DNA of 63,594 nucleotides, filler included, from Chiloscyllium plagiosum (GCF_004010195.1; 4 parts of one record of this genome joined end to end with filler, not necessarily neighbours in it); one strand, 5' to 3'. Counted from the whole stretch's first letter, positions 49,506 through 62,040 are shown. Notes: generated by a model from the sequence alone, not told the origin. Program-made: numbers and translations.

Positions 49506-49636
49506 ATTATTCCAAATGAAGGGCTCTTGCCCGAAACGTTGATTCTCCTGCTCCTCGGATGCTGCATGACCCACTGTGCTTTTCCAGCACCACACTCTTT
49601 TGACTCTGAACTCCAGCATCTGCAGTACTTTCTCCT
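49506..49636 (+). mobile_element. Penelope-like terminal fragment
   Basis: atgaagggctcttgcccgaaacgttgattctcctg...ccagcatctgcag; possible 13-bp TSD with 2 mismatches (49493-49505 / 49637-49649). Confidence 0.8.
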
Positions 49637-50440
49637 CATTTCCTCTTAAAACCAAATAACACATAATTGCTCAACTGTGTATCTCATGATCTGTCTGGAC
49701 TAAGTATATTCAAATTCTGCCAAAATAGTTGACTATTTCAGAATCTTCCTCCTTTTCCCCATTACAGACCATCTAATTGGAGCCTCTCTCCTCCCATCTG
49801 TCTTCTTTTTAAACTCTACTTTTAGCTGTAACAACAAGTTTGAGTATTTCAGGGACTTTGTTTTGTGGCTAAGTTTGAGCCCATCTGCTTGGGTGCCTAA
49901 AAATTTCCTGTCTCCTTTGGCCTTCAAGCCAAATTTACTGTATTTATTTTCATACGCTAGCTCTGAACTCACAATTAACTCCAATTTCTCTCTTATCTCT
50001 GTAATAGTCTCTAAACTCATCTAACCATAAGATTCAACTCTACTTCCCTTGACTGTATTCCCATTAAACACTTGAGCATTTAACTTCCAAGCTGTCTTAC
50101 GTCTAAGCATTCCTAATCATTTGTTTTCATTAGATAAGGTCTGTGTTACGAAGTTGAAGGCATGTATTGTACCTTTGAGAGAGAGAAAGAATGCCATTCT
50201 GAACTGAGAGATTACAACCACCTCTGTATATGATTAGATAGCAGTCCCAGAGTATAGTGGGAAATTGAAACTATGTAACATTTGACTGTGAAATGGAAAC
50301 CTGAGTTTTGGTCGTTGTTGTGGCAACAATTCATATTTAACCAATCAGCTTAAACGAAGGCCCGAAGATATTCAAACCTTATCAAGTTTGAACTTATTGA
50401 TTTGCCAAGATTGAACAAAGGAGACAATCCAATGATGGGG

Positions 50441-50528
50441 GTTATAAGAATGTGGACATTTTGAAAATTGGTCAGACAGCAATTGTTATAAGAATGTGGA
50501 CATTTTGAAAATTGGTCAGACAGCAATT
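50441..50528 (+). repeat. Perfect 44-bp tandem duplication
   Basis: gttataagaatgtggacattttgaaaattggtcagacagcaatt x2. Confidence 0.95.
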
Positions 50529-50532
50529 GCCA

Positions 50533-50567
50533 TAGAGAGAGAGAGAGAGACAGAGAGAGAGGGAGAG
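50533..50567 (+). repeat. (GA)n microsatellite
   Basis: Direct inspection. Confidence 0.9.
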
Positions 50568-50572
50568 CTAAT

Positions 50573-52860
50573 TAGAGTCATAGAGTCATAGAAATGTACA
50601 TCATGGAAACAGACCCTTCAGTCCAACCCGTCCATGCCGACCAGATATCCCAACCCAATCTAGTCCCACCTGCCAGCGCCAGGGCCATATCCCTCCAAAC
50701 CCTTCCTATTCATATACCCATCCAAATGCCTCTTAAATGTTGCAATTGTACCAGCCTCCNNNNNNNNNNNNNNNNNNNNNNNNNNNNNNNNNNNNNNNNN
50801 NNNNNNNNNNNNNNNNNNNNNNNNNNNNNNNNNNNNNNNNNNNNNNNNNNNNNNNNNNNNNNNNNNNNNNNNNNNNNNNNNNNNNNNNNNNNNNNNNNNN
50901 NNNNNNNNNNNNNNNNNNNNNNNNNNNNNNNNNNNNNNNNNNNNNNNNNNNNNNNNNNNNNNNNNNNNNNNNNNNNNNNNNNNNNNNNNNNNNNNNNNNN
51001 NNNNNNNNNNNNNNNNNNNNNNNNNNNNNNNNNNNNNNNNNNNNNNNNNNNNNNNNNNNNNNNNNNNNNNNNNNNNNNNNNNNNNNNNNNNNNNNNNNNN
51101 NNNNNNNNNNNNNNNNNNNNNNNNNNNNNNNNNNNNNNNNNNNNNNNNNNNNNNNNNNNNNNNNNNNNNNNNNNNNNNNNNNNNNNNNNNNNNNNNNNNN
51201 NNNNNNNNNNNNNNNNNNNNNNNNNNNNNNNNNNNNNNNNNNNNNNNNNNNNNNNNNNNNNNNNNNNNNNNNNNNNNNNNNNNNNNNNNNNNNNNNNNNN
51301 NNNNNNNNNNNNNNNNNNNNNNNNNNNNNNNNNNNNNNNNNNNNNNNNNNNNNNNNNNNNNNNNNNNNNNNNNNNNNNNNNNNNNNNNNNNNNNNNNNNN
51401 NNNNNNNNNNNNNNNNNNNNNNNNNNNNNNNNNNNNNNNNNNNNNNNNNNNNNNNNNNNNNNNNNNNNNNNNNNNNNNNNNNNNNNNNNNNNNNNNNNNN
51501 NNNNNNNNNNNNNNNNNNNNNNNNNNNNNNNNNNNNNNNNNNNNNNNNNNNNNNNNNNNNNNNNNNNNNNNNNNNNNNNNNNNNNNNNNNNTATCCAAAT
51601 GGCTAGTTCTCCCTGTATTCCATGAGATATAAGCTTGCTAATTAATCTCCCATGGGGAACCTTGTCGAACGCCTTACTGAAGTCCATAGAGATCACATCT
51701 ACTGCTCTACTCTCATCAATCTTCTTTGTTACTTCTTCAAAAAACTCAATCATTTGTGAGAGATGATTTCCCACGCACAAAGCCATGTTGACTATCCATA
51801 ATCAGTCCTTGCCTTTCCAAATACATGTACATCCTTTTCCTCAGGATTCTCTCCAACAACATGCCCACCACTGACGTCAGGCTCACTGGTCTATAGTTCC
51901 CTGGCTTGTCCTTACCACCCTTCTTAAGCAGTGGCACCACGTTAGCCAACCTCCAGCCTTCCGGTACCTCACCTGTGACTGTCAATGATACAAATATCTC
52001 AGCAAGAGGTCCAACAATTACTTCTCTAGATTTCCACAGATCAGGTCCTGGGGATTTATCCACCTTTATGCATTTCAAGACATCCAGCACTTCCTCCTCT
52101 GAAATATGGACATTTTTCAAGGTGTCACCATCTATTCCTTACAGTCTATATCTTCCATATCCTTTTCCACAGTAAATACTGATGCAAAATACTCATTTAG
52201 TGTCTCCCCAATTTTCTGCGGCTCCAAACAAAGGCCGCCTTGCTGATCTTTGAGGGGCCCTATTCTCTCCCTAGTTACCCTTTTGTCCTTCATGTATTTG
52301 TCAAAACCCTTTGGATTCTCCTTAATTCTATTCGCCAAAGCTATCTCATGTCCCCTTTTTGCCCTCCTGACTTCCCTGTTAAGTATACTCCTTCTGCCTT
52401 TGTACTCTTCTAAGGATTCACTCAATCTACCTTGTCTATACCTTACATATGCTCATTTCTTTTTCTTAACCAAACCCTCAATTTATTTTATTATCCAGCA
52501 TTCCTTATACCAACCAGCATTTCCTTTCACCCTAACAGGAAAATACTTTCCCTGGATTCTCATTAACTCATTTCTGAAAGACTTCCCATTTTCCAGTCGT
52601 CCTTTTACCTGCCAACATCTGCCCCCAGTCAGCTTCCAAAAGTTCTTTTTCTAATACCATCAAAATTGGCCTTTCTCCAATTTAGAACTTCAACTTTTAG
52701 ATCTGGTCTATCCTTTTCCATCACTATTTTAAATCTAATAGAATGATGGTCGCTGGCCCCAAAGTGCTTCCCCATTGACACCTCAGTCACCTGCTTTATT
52801 TCCCAAGAGTAGGTCAATTTTTGCACCTTCCCTATTCAGTACATCCACGTACTGAATCAA
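50573..52860 (-). mobile_element. HER1-type CR1 LINE ORF2 (endonuclease end to RT to 3' tail), frameshifted and spanning a gap
   Basis: HFGASDHHSIRF (APE end), WRLANVVPLLKKG..PGNYRPVSLTSVVG, SQHGF and MDFSKAFDKVPH; tail (tagagtca)n. Confidence 0.95.
50760..51591. other. Assembly gap
   Basis: Run of N inside the LINE. Confidence 0.99.
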
Positions 52861-54853
52861 CATCTTGCTGTCCAAGAAATTAGGAAACACTCTTTATCAA
52901 CATTATTTTTTCATGTGAAACATACGCGCAGTAGAAAGAAAGAAGTAGACCCAGGGAGATCCTCAGCCAGAAGAATGAAGACACAGAGGATGACAGTGGC
53001 TCTGTAGTTTTGAAGTTAAGTTGATGTAACTTTAATAAGCTTATTGGAACAGCATAATGTTATAGTGTTGGAGGCAGATAGTAAGCAGTTAAGAGAAAGG
53101 GAGGCTTAGAGTTGTGAATAGTTGTTCTTTAATTTTCACTTTCAGAGTTTAAAAAATAAAATGATGTTATTTTCTTTAAATAGTGGAATTTGGGAATTCT
53201 CTGACACTCATATTTTAACAGATTATGAGGTGAGGTGAGATTTTCTGGGTGTTTGGTTTAATTAACAGAAGGGTTCACCTCTGTATTGTAACATCTATCT
53301 CACTTTTAAATCTGCCATCATTGCTCCTTCCTCCAAAAAATGGCTTTGGCTCGCTGACCTTCCAGCAGATTGTCACATATACAACCTTATATTCTGCATC
53401 AACTTTCTTCAACATTCCATCAGCTCCAAATCCATGCCCATTCTCCCATGCCTAAATTCTTTCTGCTGTATTTGTAATCCTGCTATACCTGTTACAATCA
53501 AAATTATAGATGATGCCTTCTGTGCCTGCAATAAAGATGAATTAGTGCCCTCACGCTTTCTGACACGCTTAAAACCTTTGACACAGTTGGCAATGTTAAC
53601 ATCTTCTGTCATATTATGTCATTTATTCCAGACCAGATAGGTTTGTATCTTTAAGACAGTTGTATGACATCTCAGTACGTGATGTGTGGGGATGTGGGAG
53701 ATTATTGGGAAGACATGGAATGCTTTGGGAAGGGGGTCAATAATTATCACCAACGCTTAGCTTTGCTAGGGGTACAGAACAAGTCTCTGTCGGGCATAGC
53801 TATGAAGTAGGTCTGGGTAAAATGGGGAAATGAACTGTTAAATAAAAAGTTTACGTGGGTACATGGGAAGGTTTACAAGAAAGAAACTGAAGGAAGGCGG
53901 GGCACCTTGAATAACAGGATGAGCATGCAACTCATTCTCTCCAGTGTGAGGTAAAGCCTGCTGTCTCCATTTAATTTTCAACTGTGCACTGAAAATGAAA
54001 AATAGCTCCCAGCGCACCTAGAGTGGGAAATTGTGCATTTGTTTTGGTCATGTGTGATGTGAAACTTTTCAAAGGGCAATTGAATTATCAGGCACTGACA
54101 GATAAGCACATTTGCCATCACAAACGTCTGCACGTGCTTCTCAAGCTCTGACCAGATATGTAGATTACAAATCCTAGCTATGAGCAATTCTGAACACATC
54201 ACTGAATATTATTTCTAGCAATCTCTGTGAAGCAGAAGTGATTAAAGATGACATTTGAAGTATTGTCCACAACTCCGTAATATGTTTCAAGATCTCCTTG
54301 GCTGGAAAAGGGTGCAGACCTTTCTCCCTCAAACACTGAACTGTCAGAATGTCAAAACTACCTTCTATACTGAATGCTGCCTTTCCTGGGTGCTGTGAAG
54401 TGTGCGTGTATGAAGGACGATTAATACTATTGCATTTACAATCCAGCGTATTTGAGAGATATGGCTTGTGTTCCATCTGAGTAGGCTCTAGTCTGTCAAT
54501 AGTCCTTATATAGTAATCCTGTGGCCTTGCATGCTGGAGGCTTCCACATCTCACTGTAACAAGAACGAAGGTAAAATCTTATTTATGTGTACTAGACCGC
54601 TGACTGTTCACATTACAAAGAAGCTGTTTCATTTGTGATACTTACCATTTGGGCTCAATGGAACTATAGCCAATAGATTCAGCCACAGCTACTGTTATCA
54701 GTGTTGTGTCTGCTACACAATGAAAGTGCAGAGAAAATGAAGCCCAGGAAAAACAGCAACTACTGAACAGTCTCCAAGTGAAGAAGTCACAGCTGAAAGT
54801 CCCCTGAGATGTGGCAGATGTATAAGAAGCTTACAGGACATCATCCTCAATGT

Positions 54854-55450
54854 TATTTCCTCCAAATGAGTGAGGTGCAGTGCAGTCGCAGAATGAAGAT
54901 ATCCTGGGACATGGTCACAAATCTGTATCATCTGCTGAAGCAAGACTTGTGATCTGAGGCAGGATTGGCCATCCTATCCTGGTGGCTGTCATTTTTATGC
55001 AACTGTTAAGTAAAGGTGCTGCATGCTATTTTAAGAGTAGTAGACTATGAGTCTCAGTGGGAGTAGATGCAGTAGCTGAGTTTGATTGCATATGAAATAG
55101 TAGAGAGAAGATAGTGGCACCTGCCCCCTCTGACAGCAGAAGTAATTGAACTTCTTGTGGCACTGCTACACATATTCATCCATGACATGGACACTCCACT
55201 TACACAGATGGCTACTTCAGGTGTAGCTGTGGTGGTCCTAGGGAAGGAGGACAGCCTACTATTTCTACATCCCATCCAGCAGGATCACCAGATCCACATC
55301 CATAATGCTGGCTACTAGTTCACCCCTTTTCATCATCTCCTTTGGAGTGATGCAAATTGAGATGGGCAACTGGTGTTTGCTCCACTTCAAATAGTGCACA
55401 GCTGGCAATCAATTCTGTCACTGCTATGTGCAACATAGCATGAGAGATGA
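54854..55450 (+). mobile_element. PIF/Harbinger transposase remnant
   Basis: YFLQMSEVQCSRRMKISWDMVTNLYHLLKQDL*, then LVAV / FYAT, resembles the Harbinger N-terminus (MSE.QC.RRLRLS...V..L..LL..DL...PVAV...FYATG); weak WLL..P and CNIA traces lie downstream. Confidence 0.6.
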
Positions 55451-55552
55451 TCTGTGGAGATGCATAATCAATGAGATGAACAGCGAGAATTGTGTGAAAA
55501 GTTGTCAGCTCTCTCAGAGAGAAACCCTGTATAAAACTGCCTGAAATAGCCT

Positions 55553-56078
55553 TTTATTGATTCATTTGCCAGATGCAGGTATTGCTATCTGGGCTAGCAT
55601 TTATTGCCCATCTCTAACTATCAAGAAGGTAGTTAAGAGTCAAATACATTTATGTGAGTCTTGACTCACGTGTAGGCCAGACCAGGTAAGGATGGCAGAT
55701 TTCCTTCCCTAAAGGACATTAGTAAATTACATGGGTTTTTCCTACCAATTGGCAATGGATAGTTGGCCATCATTAGACTCTGAATTCAAGACTTTAAAAA
55801 AAAATCTGCCATGGTGAGATTCAAATCCAGGTCCGCAGGACGAACCCAGGTCTCCGGCGCTGTGAGGCAGCAGTGCTAACCACTGTGCCACCGTGCCGCC
55901 CATTAGTAAATTACATGGGTTTTTCCGACCAATTGGCAATGGATAGTTGGCCATCATTAGATTCTGAATTCAAGACTTTAAAAAAAAAGCTGCCATGGTG
56001 AGATTCAAATCCAGGTCCGCAGGACATTACTTGGGTCTCTGGATTAACAATAATAATACCGTAGGTCATCATTTCCCC
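55553..56078 (-). mobile_element. SacSINE1-like DeuSINE with an internal 125-bp duplication and an HE1 head insert
   Basis: Reverse complement of the 18885-19245 family; 55717-55841 is repeated at 55901-56025. Confidence 0.85.
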
Positions 56079-58122
56079 TTTGGAAATGGTCAATCCCAAG
56101 TATTCAACCATTGATAATGTGGGTTCATTTTGCAGTGGATTCTCAGTATCTTCTTAACAGATAAATATACAGATAGACAGTTTCTGTTAAAATCAATGAC
56201 CTTAAATATAGCATTAGTTTCACATCACTTTATATTCATTCAGATTTTGGAATTTTATCGATTCTGAATTTTAGAATGGCAAGATATCAAACGTAAACCT
56301 CTATATTCCTCATTGTATCTAAAAGCTTTCTAAGAATGGGAAATATTGTTTGCTTTTACAATATTTTGATTTTTTTTTTCTTCCACTTAGCATAGTTAAA
56401 ATGGTTTTACTTCAATTGCAAATGCTGAGATTGAAACATGACTGAAGAAATACACACAGAGACACTGCCAGCAATTAATTATCATTTGAATTTTGCTTGA
56501 TTTTGTAATTTGGCAATGAACTACTGCAATTATTATTGAAGGATTTGCCATGAATGAAAGATGGGAGTTTTCATCTGTTGGTCTGGAGCTTTTCTTAAGT
56601 GCAATTAAGAAAGATGTGATACAGCAATGTAAGAAAACTCTGATATTTTAACTGTAAGTTAAATTTAATACTATACAGCTTTCCAGAATAGCTTAATGTT
56701 TAAAAATATTGTTCTAGGAATTGGCCCTACACTAAACACTAGGCATGTTACCAGATCAAGATGTTCACCAGATCATGTTTCTACTCATTTTCTGGCTCTT
56801 TTCCAGATGACTCTTAAAAATTAAGTTCTTTGTTTTAGGCACAAGGACATTAACAAGCACATTTAAAGCTTTCAAAATAGTTTACTTGAAAAGTGACTAC
56901 CGCAAATGATTCTTGTTAGTAACTTGTGGAAATTATTTTCAATTAACTAGGTCAGGTTATGCACAGAACGTGAACTAGATCATAAGACTAACATCTTTTT
57001 GTGTGATAAGCCCATTTTCAGCTGTATTAATAAAGTTGAAGAAGGTTATCTCACTTAAATACAACCAAAGGTACGTTTTAATCAAAAGATTGTTTAAGAA
57101 ACTTCACACTTTAAAGCACTGCTGATTCATGGCTTTTTTTGACATTCAGTGAGTTCCAAATGTATTTGCAGAACCATAAGGAAAAAAAAACCCTTTTAAA
57201 AGGGTACACTTTACATTCAGATCAAACAGAAGGCAGAAATCCTTGGCCCAATTTCTGTTTGGTCACCACTCCTTACTTTCGTGGCTGTCAATTAAAAACA
57301 AGAACTTCAGATTAGTCGTCTTGAGAAGATATTGGTTCATACATCAAACTCACAGGTGTATCTGCGTCCACTCCCTTATGTGCTTCACAGAGGTTGTAAA
57401 CAAATGTGTTTGATGCTATAACAAAATGTCTAAAATAAAGAGGAACTATAAGTGGCTGGACGTAAAGTCTACCTGTTGTAGCTTGTCCTGTAATATAGAG
57501 GGTATGTCTGTCCTGCCTTAATTTGTTTTGTGGGGGTGGTATTAGGTATTTTGGAATTTAGGATTTCTTTTCAAACTCAGCTTCTCCAGTATTTTCTGTG
57601 TAACAGGAGGACAGGTATAATGGCTGCTACAGCAGTAATTAGGCCTCTCCAATCATAAAATCAATTTCTAGCAAATAAAGACAAAAGGAAGGTACAAGAA
57701 AGGTCATGAGAATCACTAAGGTCATAATGTTCCATTGAACTGATGTCAAAGATTTATCTGACAGCATATGTGCCCCATTATCAATGCAGTGGGAAAATAA
57801 GAAGTTTTGTTCTTGGAAATAATGACAACTAATTAGGATGGGCAAGTAAAAAATGTAGGAGAAAGTGAGGACTGCAGATGCTGGAGATCAGAGCTGAAAA
57901 TGTGTTGCTGGAAAGGTGCAGCAGGTCAGGCAGCATCAAAGGAGCAGGAGAATCGACGTTTCGGGCATAAGCCATTCTTCAGGAATGAGGAAAGTGTGCC
58001 AAGCAGGTTAAGATAAAAGGTAGGGAGGAGGGACTTGGGGGTGGGGTGTTGGAAATGCGATAGGTGGAAGGAGGTTAAGGTGAGGGTGATAGGCCGGAGT
58101 GGGGGTGGGCGCGGAGAGGTCA

Positions 58123-58222
58123 NNNNNNNNNNNNNNNNNNNNNNNNNNNNNNNNNNNNNNNNNNNNTTAATTAATTAANNNNNNNNNNNNNNNNNNNNNN
58201 NNNNNNNNNNNNNNNNNNNNNN
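58123..58222. other. Artificial 100-bp scaffold spacer
   Basis: 44N-TTAATTAATTAA-44N. Confidence 0.97.
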
Positions 58223-58404
58223 TGTCTCAATCCCAACCCTCGAACTCAGCACCACCTTCCTAACCTGCAATCTTCTTCCTGACCTCTCCGCCCCCACCCC
58301 CACTCCGGCCTAAGACCCTCCTTCCACCTATAGCATTTCCAACACCCCTCCCCCAAGTCCCTCCTCCCTACCTTTTATCTTAGTCTGCTTGGCACACTTT
58401 CCTC

Positions 58405-58440
58405 ATTCCTGAAGAAGGGCTCTTGCCCGAAACGTCGATT
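58405..58440 (+). ncRNA. Minimal hammerhead-ribozyme motif
   Basis: ATTC-CTGAAGA-A-GGGC/tctt/GCCC-GAAA-CG-TC-GATT; palindromic ACGT stem III and a weak stem I. Confidence 0.65.
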
Positions 58441-59249
58441 CTCCTGCTCCTTGGATGCTGCCTGACCTGCTGCGCTTTTCCAGCAACACATTTTCAGCAA
58501 GTAAATAATGGTCATTTTGAGATAATGTCCTTTTCTCATTGGCTGAAAAGCTTTTAGTACACAGAGGAATTTTTTTTCTCTGAGAATTGAGAGACTTTGG
58601 AATTCTCAGAAGTTAGGCAAACTGGGACATTGAATATTGTTAAGGTGTTGACATAGTAATTCCCTTGACAGCAAAAATCACAGGTTTCTGCGAGTAGATA
58701 GGAATGCAGAATTCAAAACACGAACAGTTCAAACATGTTCTTATTGATTGGCAAAGCAGACTCAAGCAGATGAAAGGCATACTTCTGAACCTTTATTGTG
58801 TGTTTATATGAAATCACATCTGGAGTCACATAAACATCTGTCTCTTCCCCTTACTATGGAATCTTCTACAATTGTATTGATTTTGCTCCCATGCTGTGCA
58901 GCTGAGCTGCTGTACTACCACAACCTTAGTTCTGATGCTGTTATCTGAAAAAAAACATTGACTGTACTGAAATGGAAAATAATTTAGAAGTGAGGTTACT
59001 CAGGATTCTCTTATACTTTGTACTCTTCATTTTTTTTTAAAGTTTCACCTAATTTACTAGTTTACTAATCAACCTACTCAGCAAAGCATTACACACATTT
59101 GGTGGTTCTTGAACCCAAGCCGCCTAGGTCAGGGGTAGGGACAATACCACTGCACCACAAATGGCTCCCTTGCTTATCTTCTGAAATACATAATTCAACT
59201 ATCTGCTGCTAACAATACTTATTGTACTTGTGATCATCTGGACCATTGA

Positions 59250-59355
59250 GGAAGCCTTCATGTGGCGCAGTGGTAGTGTCCCTAGCTTTGGATTGAGAGT
59301 CAAGTCCCACTTGCTCCAGAAGTGTGTAAGGTCAGTGCTGAATAGGTTGATTAGC
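59250..59355 (+). mobile_element. tRNA-derived SINE head (an inverted relative lies at ~59100-59170)
   Basis: A-box gtggcgcagtggtagtgtccct, then caagtcccacttgctccaga...aggttgattag. Confidence 0.6.
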
Positions 59356-60395
59356 AAAGTAGGTCAAATAAAAAAAAACATATCTCACACATGGAAAGCA
59401 TCCACAATGTGCCCTGGCTGTGTCTTATGCTCTGCTCAGTCCTCACTTCTTTCCCCTTGCTCTGCAGTCAGAGAATTATTTTTTTAATGACTTTGCCTCT
59501 CCTCAACACCTCGTCTATTATAAAATGTCATCATCAAATAAATCTTTACATGTAAAAATAAACTAATAAATTTACTACCTTCTTATTTCGATTCTGCTTG
59601 AGTCTAAACTAATTATAAGCGAGTTACTTCAAGGTGTGGTTATTTTTGATGTTTTTCTAATTTTCAGCCACTTATATAATGCCCCTAACAGCAATTGTTC
59701 ACCAGCGTATCAACTTATGGTTTTCTTGTTATTTCTTTTTCAGTGTTTATTTTCCCACCCAGCCCCTGAAGTCTCACTGTTTAAATCTTGCTGTTTCAAA
59801 CTTCCCTGAATTCTGATTGTTTAAAAGTGCCCTGCACTCCTGAACTAATTGAAACTTATTTGCCTCAGGTTTTGTCAACTCAGTTCATGTAGCAATATCT
59901 CTTGTCATGTTCTGCTTGCCTCTACATTACTTACAATGTCATCAACCTTTGTGTCAGTGTCAAACCTTGGTGCATAGCTCTCTATGTTGTCAGTCAAGTC
60001 ATTAAGTAATATGAGTAGCTATAACTCCTGCACAGATTAATGTGGCACACCACTTCTCACTTTCTTCTATTTTGAGTACAGATCTTTTTTTTTGTCTTCT
60101 GTTTCCCAAGTAACCTCCTACTCAGATCAATAATTTTCCTCCAATTGTATGATCTTTAATTTTAGATGATGTTTGCTTGACATTAAACCTCACTGAATAT
60201 CTTCTGGAAGTCCACATAAACTACACTCACAGATAATCCCATGTCTACTTTACTAATTCCTGCAAAACAAAATGATTTGCTAGACATCACGTACAGTTTA
60301 TAATTCAATCTTATTCAGAGAGTCTCTCTCTAACCAGAGTTAGCATCGCCTGGGGCTCAACCACTTAATTCTGATCTGAACGTCCCAAGCCCCAT

Positions 60396-60749
60396 GGGGC
60401 GGCACGGTGGCTCATCAGTTAGCATTGCTGCCTCACAGCACCAGGGTCCCAGGTTCAAGTCCAGCCTCAGCCTCAGGTGACTGTGTGAACGTGTGTGTCA
60501 TATTCTCTGTGTGTGTGTCATATTCTCTCATATTCTCCGTGTATCTGCATGGGTTCCCTCCGGGTGCTCCGGTTTCCTCCCCCAGTCCAAAGATGCACAG
60601 GTCAGGTAAGTTGGCCATGCTAAATTGTCCACAGCGTTAGGTGCATTAGTCAGAGGAAGATGGGACTGGGTGGGTTACTCTTCAGAGGGTCAGTGTGGAC
60701 TTGTTGGGCCAAAGGGCCTGTTTCCACACTGTAGGGAATCTAAAAAAAA
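60396..60749 (+). mobile_element. HE1-type V-SINE with internal slippage duplications
   Basis: Complete head, V-domain and tail; gtgtgtgtcatattctct is repeated at 60491-60540. Confidence 0.93.
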
Positions 60750-61409
60750 GCCTTTCCCAATAGCGTACGTTAAATAAGCAGGACTATAATCTCTTAGTTC
60801 TGCTCTCACACCTTTCTTAAGTATGAGAGTCATCTTTGGAATTCTCTTAACCAAAAGGGAGACAGTCAAAATTAAATGAATCTGGAAAATTATGGTTAAA
60901 GATTATGCAATTTACACGCAGTTATAAAGCTGCAGTAGAAATTAAGACTTTATTAGTCTTTCATGTCATTCTCTTTTTCTTTCTTAATACTGTATTCTTC
61001 CTCACATTAGTGTTTCATGAGTTTCAGTTTTTGATTCAATATTAGTTTTCCTGGAATGTCCGGTTCATTGTCACTTTCCTAACTATTTAATAAGTCTGCA
61101 ACTTTTTTTATCTTTATTTACTCTGTATTGCTTTTTTTAAAATGACAATATTACCCTTATCTCTTCCAATATTACTGCAAAAAAACTTTCATGAGAATCT
61201 TGACTTTACAGAAATTGCGGAGAAGGAGGTTGCGATAAAAATGAGAATTTTAAAAGGAAAAAAATGACTGAAAGAATTAATGGGATTATGTGACAACAAA
61301 TTTCTGAGATTTGATACCTTAAACCTAAGGGTTTTGAAATCGGTTGCTATATAAGTATTGGTTTTGATCACCCAGATTTATGTAGATTCAACAACAGTCC
61401 CTGATTGCT

Positions 61410-62040
61410 ATTGATGAAAGGGAGGAGAGAACAACTAAGGCCAATTGGCCTGGAATGAACAGGAGAGAAAATACTATATAAAGGACTTAGTAAAAAGGCA
61501 CTTGAAAAATCACAATGTAATAGGTAGAGACATGGTGATTTGATGAAAAAGGAATCATATTTGATAACTAAATTAGAGTTCTTTGAGTTTCGCAGAGTAT
61601 TAGGTGGAACTTGTTTTGTGCCTCGAAGATATGCAGAAATGACATTCAATAGCTGCTATTTGTGAACAATGCTTTTAAAATGTCTACAGCTGTAAATATC
61701 CAGATCCATTTCAATTTCTCTAATCACACCCATAGGCTTGACACACAGCACACTGAACAGTCAACAAACGATCAACCAATGTACAATTGAACACAACAGA
61801 ACCAAAGGGTAACATATATTGGCTTTTCAGAAGGCATTTAATAAGGTGGCACACAACCAATTGTTGAATAGCATTATGGTCTGTGGCCTTGTGGATAATA
61901 TGTTACCATCAATTGAGAATTGATTAATGGACAGGAAATAGATACCATGAGCAAACAAGCCATTTACGAGGTGTTAGGGGATAACTAGCAGATTGTCACA
62001 GAGATCAACGTTTTAGCCCCTAGCTGTAACAATGTATATT
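61410..62040 (+). mobile_element. Degraded CR1 RT fragment
   Basis: aactaaggccaattggcctg (NYRPISL-like) and ttttcagaaggcatttaataaggtggcacac (FQKAFDKVPH-like). Confidence 0.65.

Larger units (their letters stand above)
50144..53293 (+). mobile_element. Probable solo LTR (~860 bp) split by a HER1 LINE
   Basis: Starts TGTTAC and ends GTAACA, with 4-bp flanks TCTG / TCTA and AATAAA near 53155; L2 host sequence resumes after it. Confidence 0.65.
47100..53640 (+). mobile_element. Old L2 LINE, fragmented by nested insertions
   Basis: Pyrimidine-rich L2-like sequence; 53495-53590 reads IKIIDDAFCACNKDELV...cctttgacacagttg, which resembles the L2 RT motif IKVTNDIL...LDLSAAFDTV. Confidence 0.5.
57856..58496. 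mobile_element. Penelope-like inverted insertion spanning a spacer gap, with a 14-bp TSD
   Basis: Minus arm 57856-58122 and plus arm 58223-58496; GCAAGTAAAAAATG (57842-57855) and GCAAGTAAATAATG (58497-58510). Confidence 0.85.
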
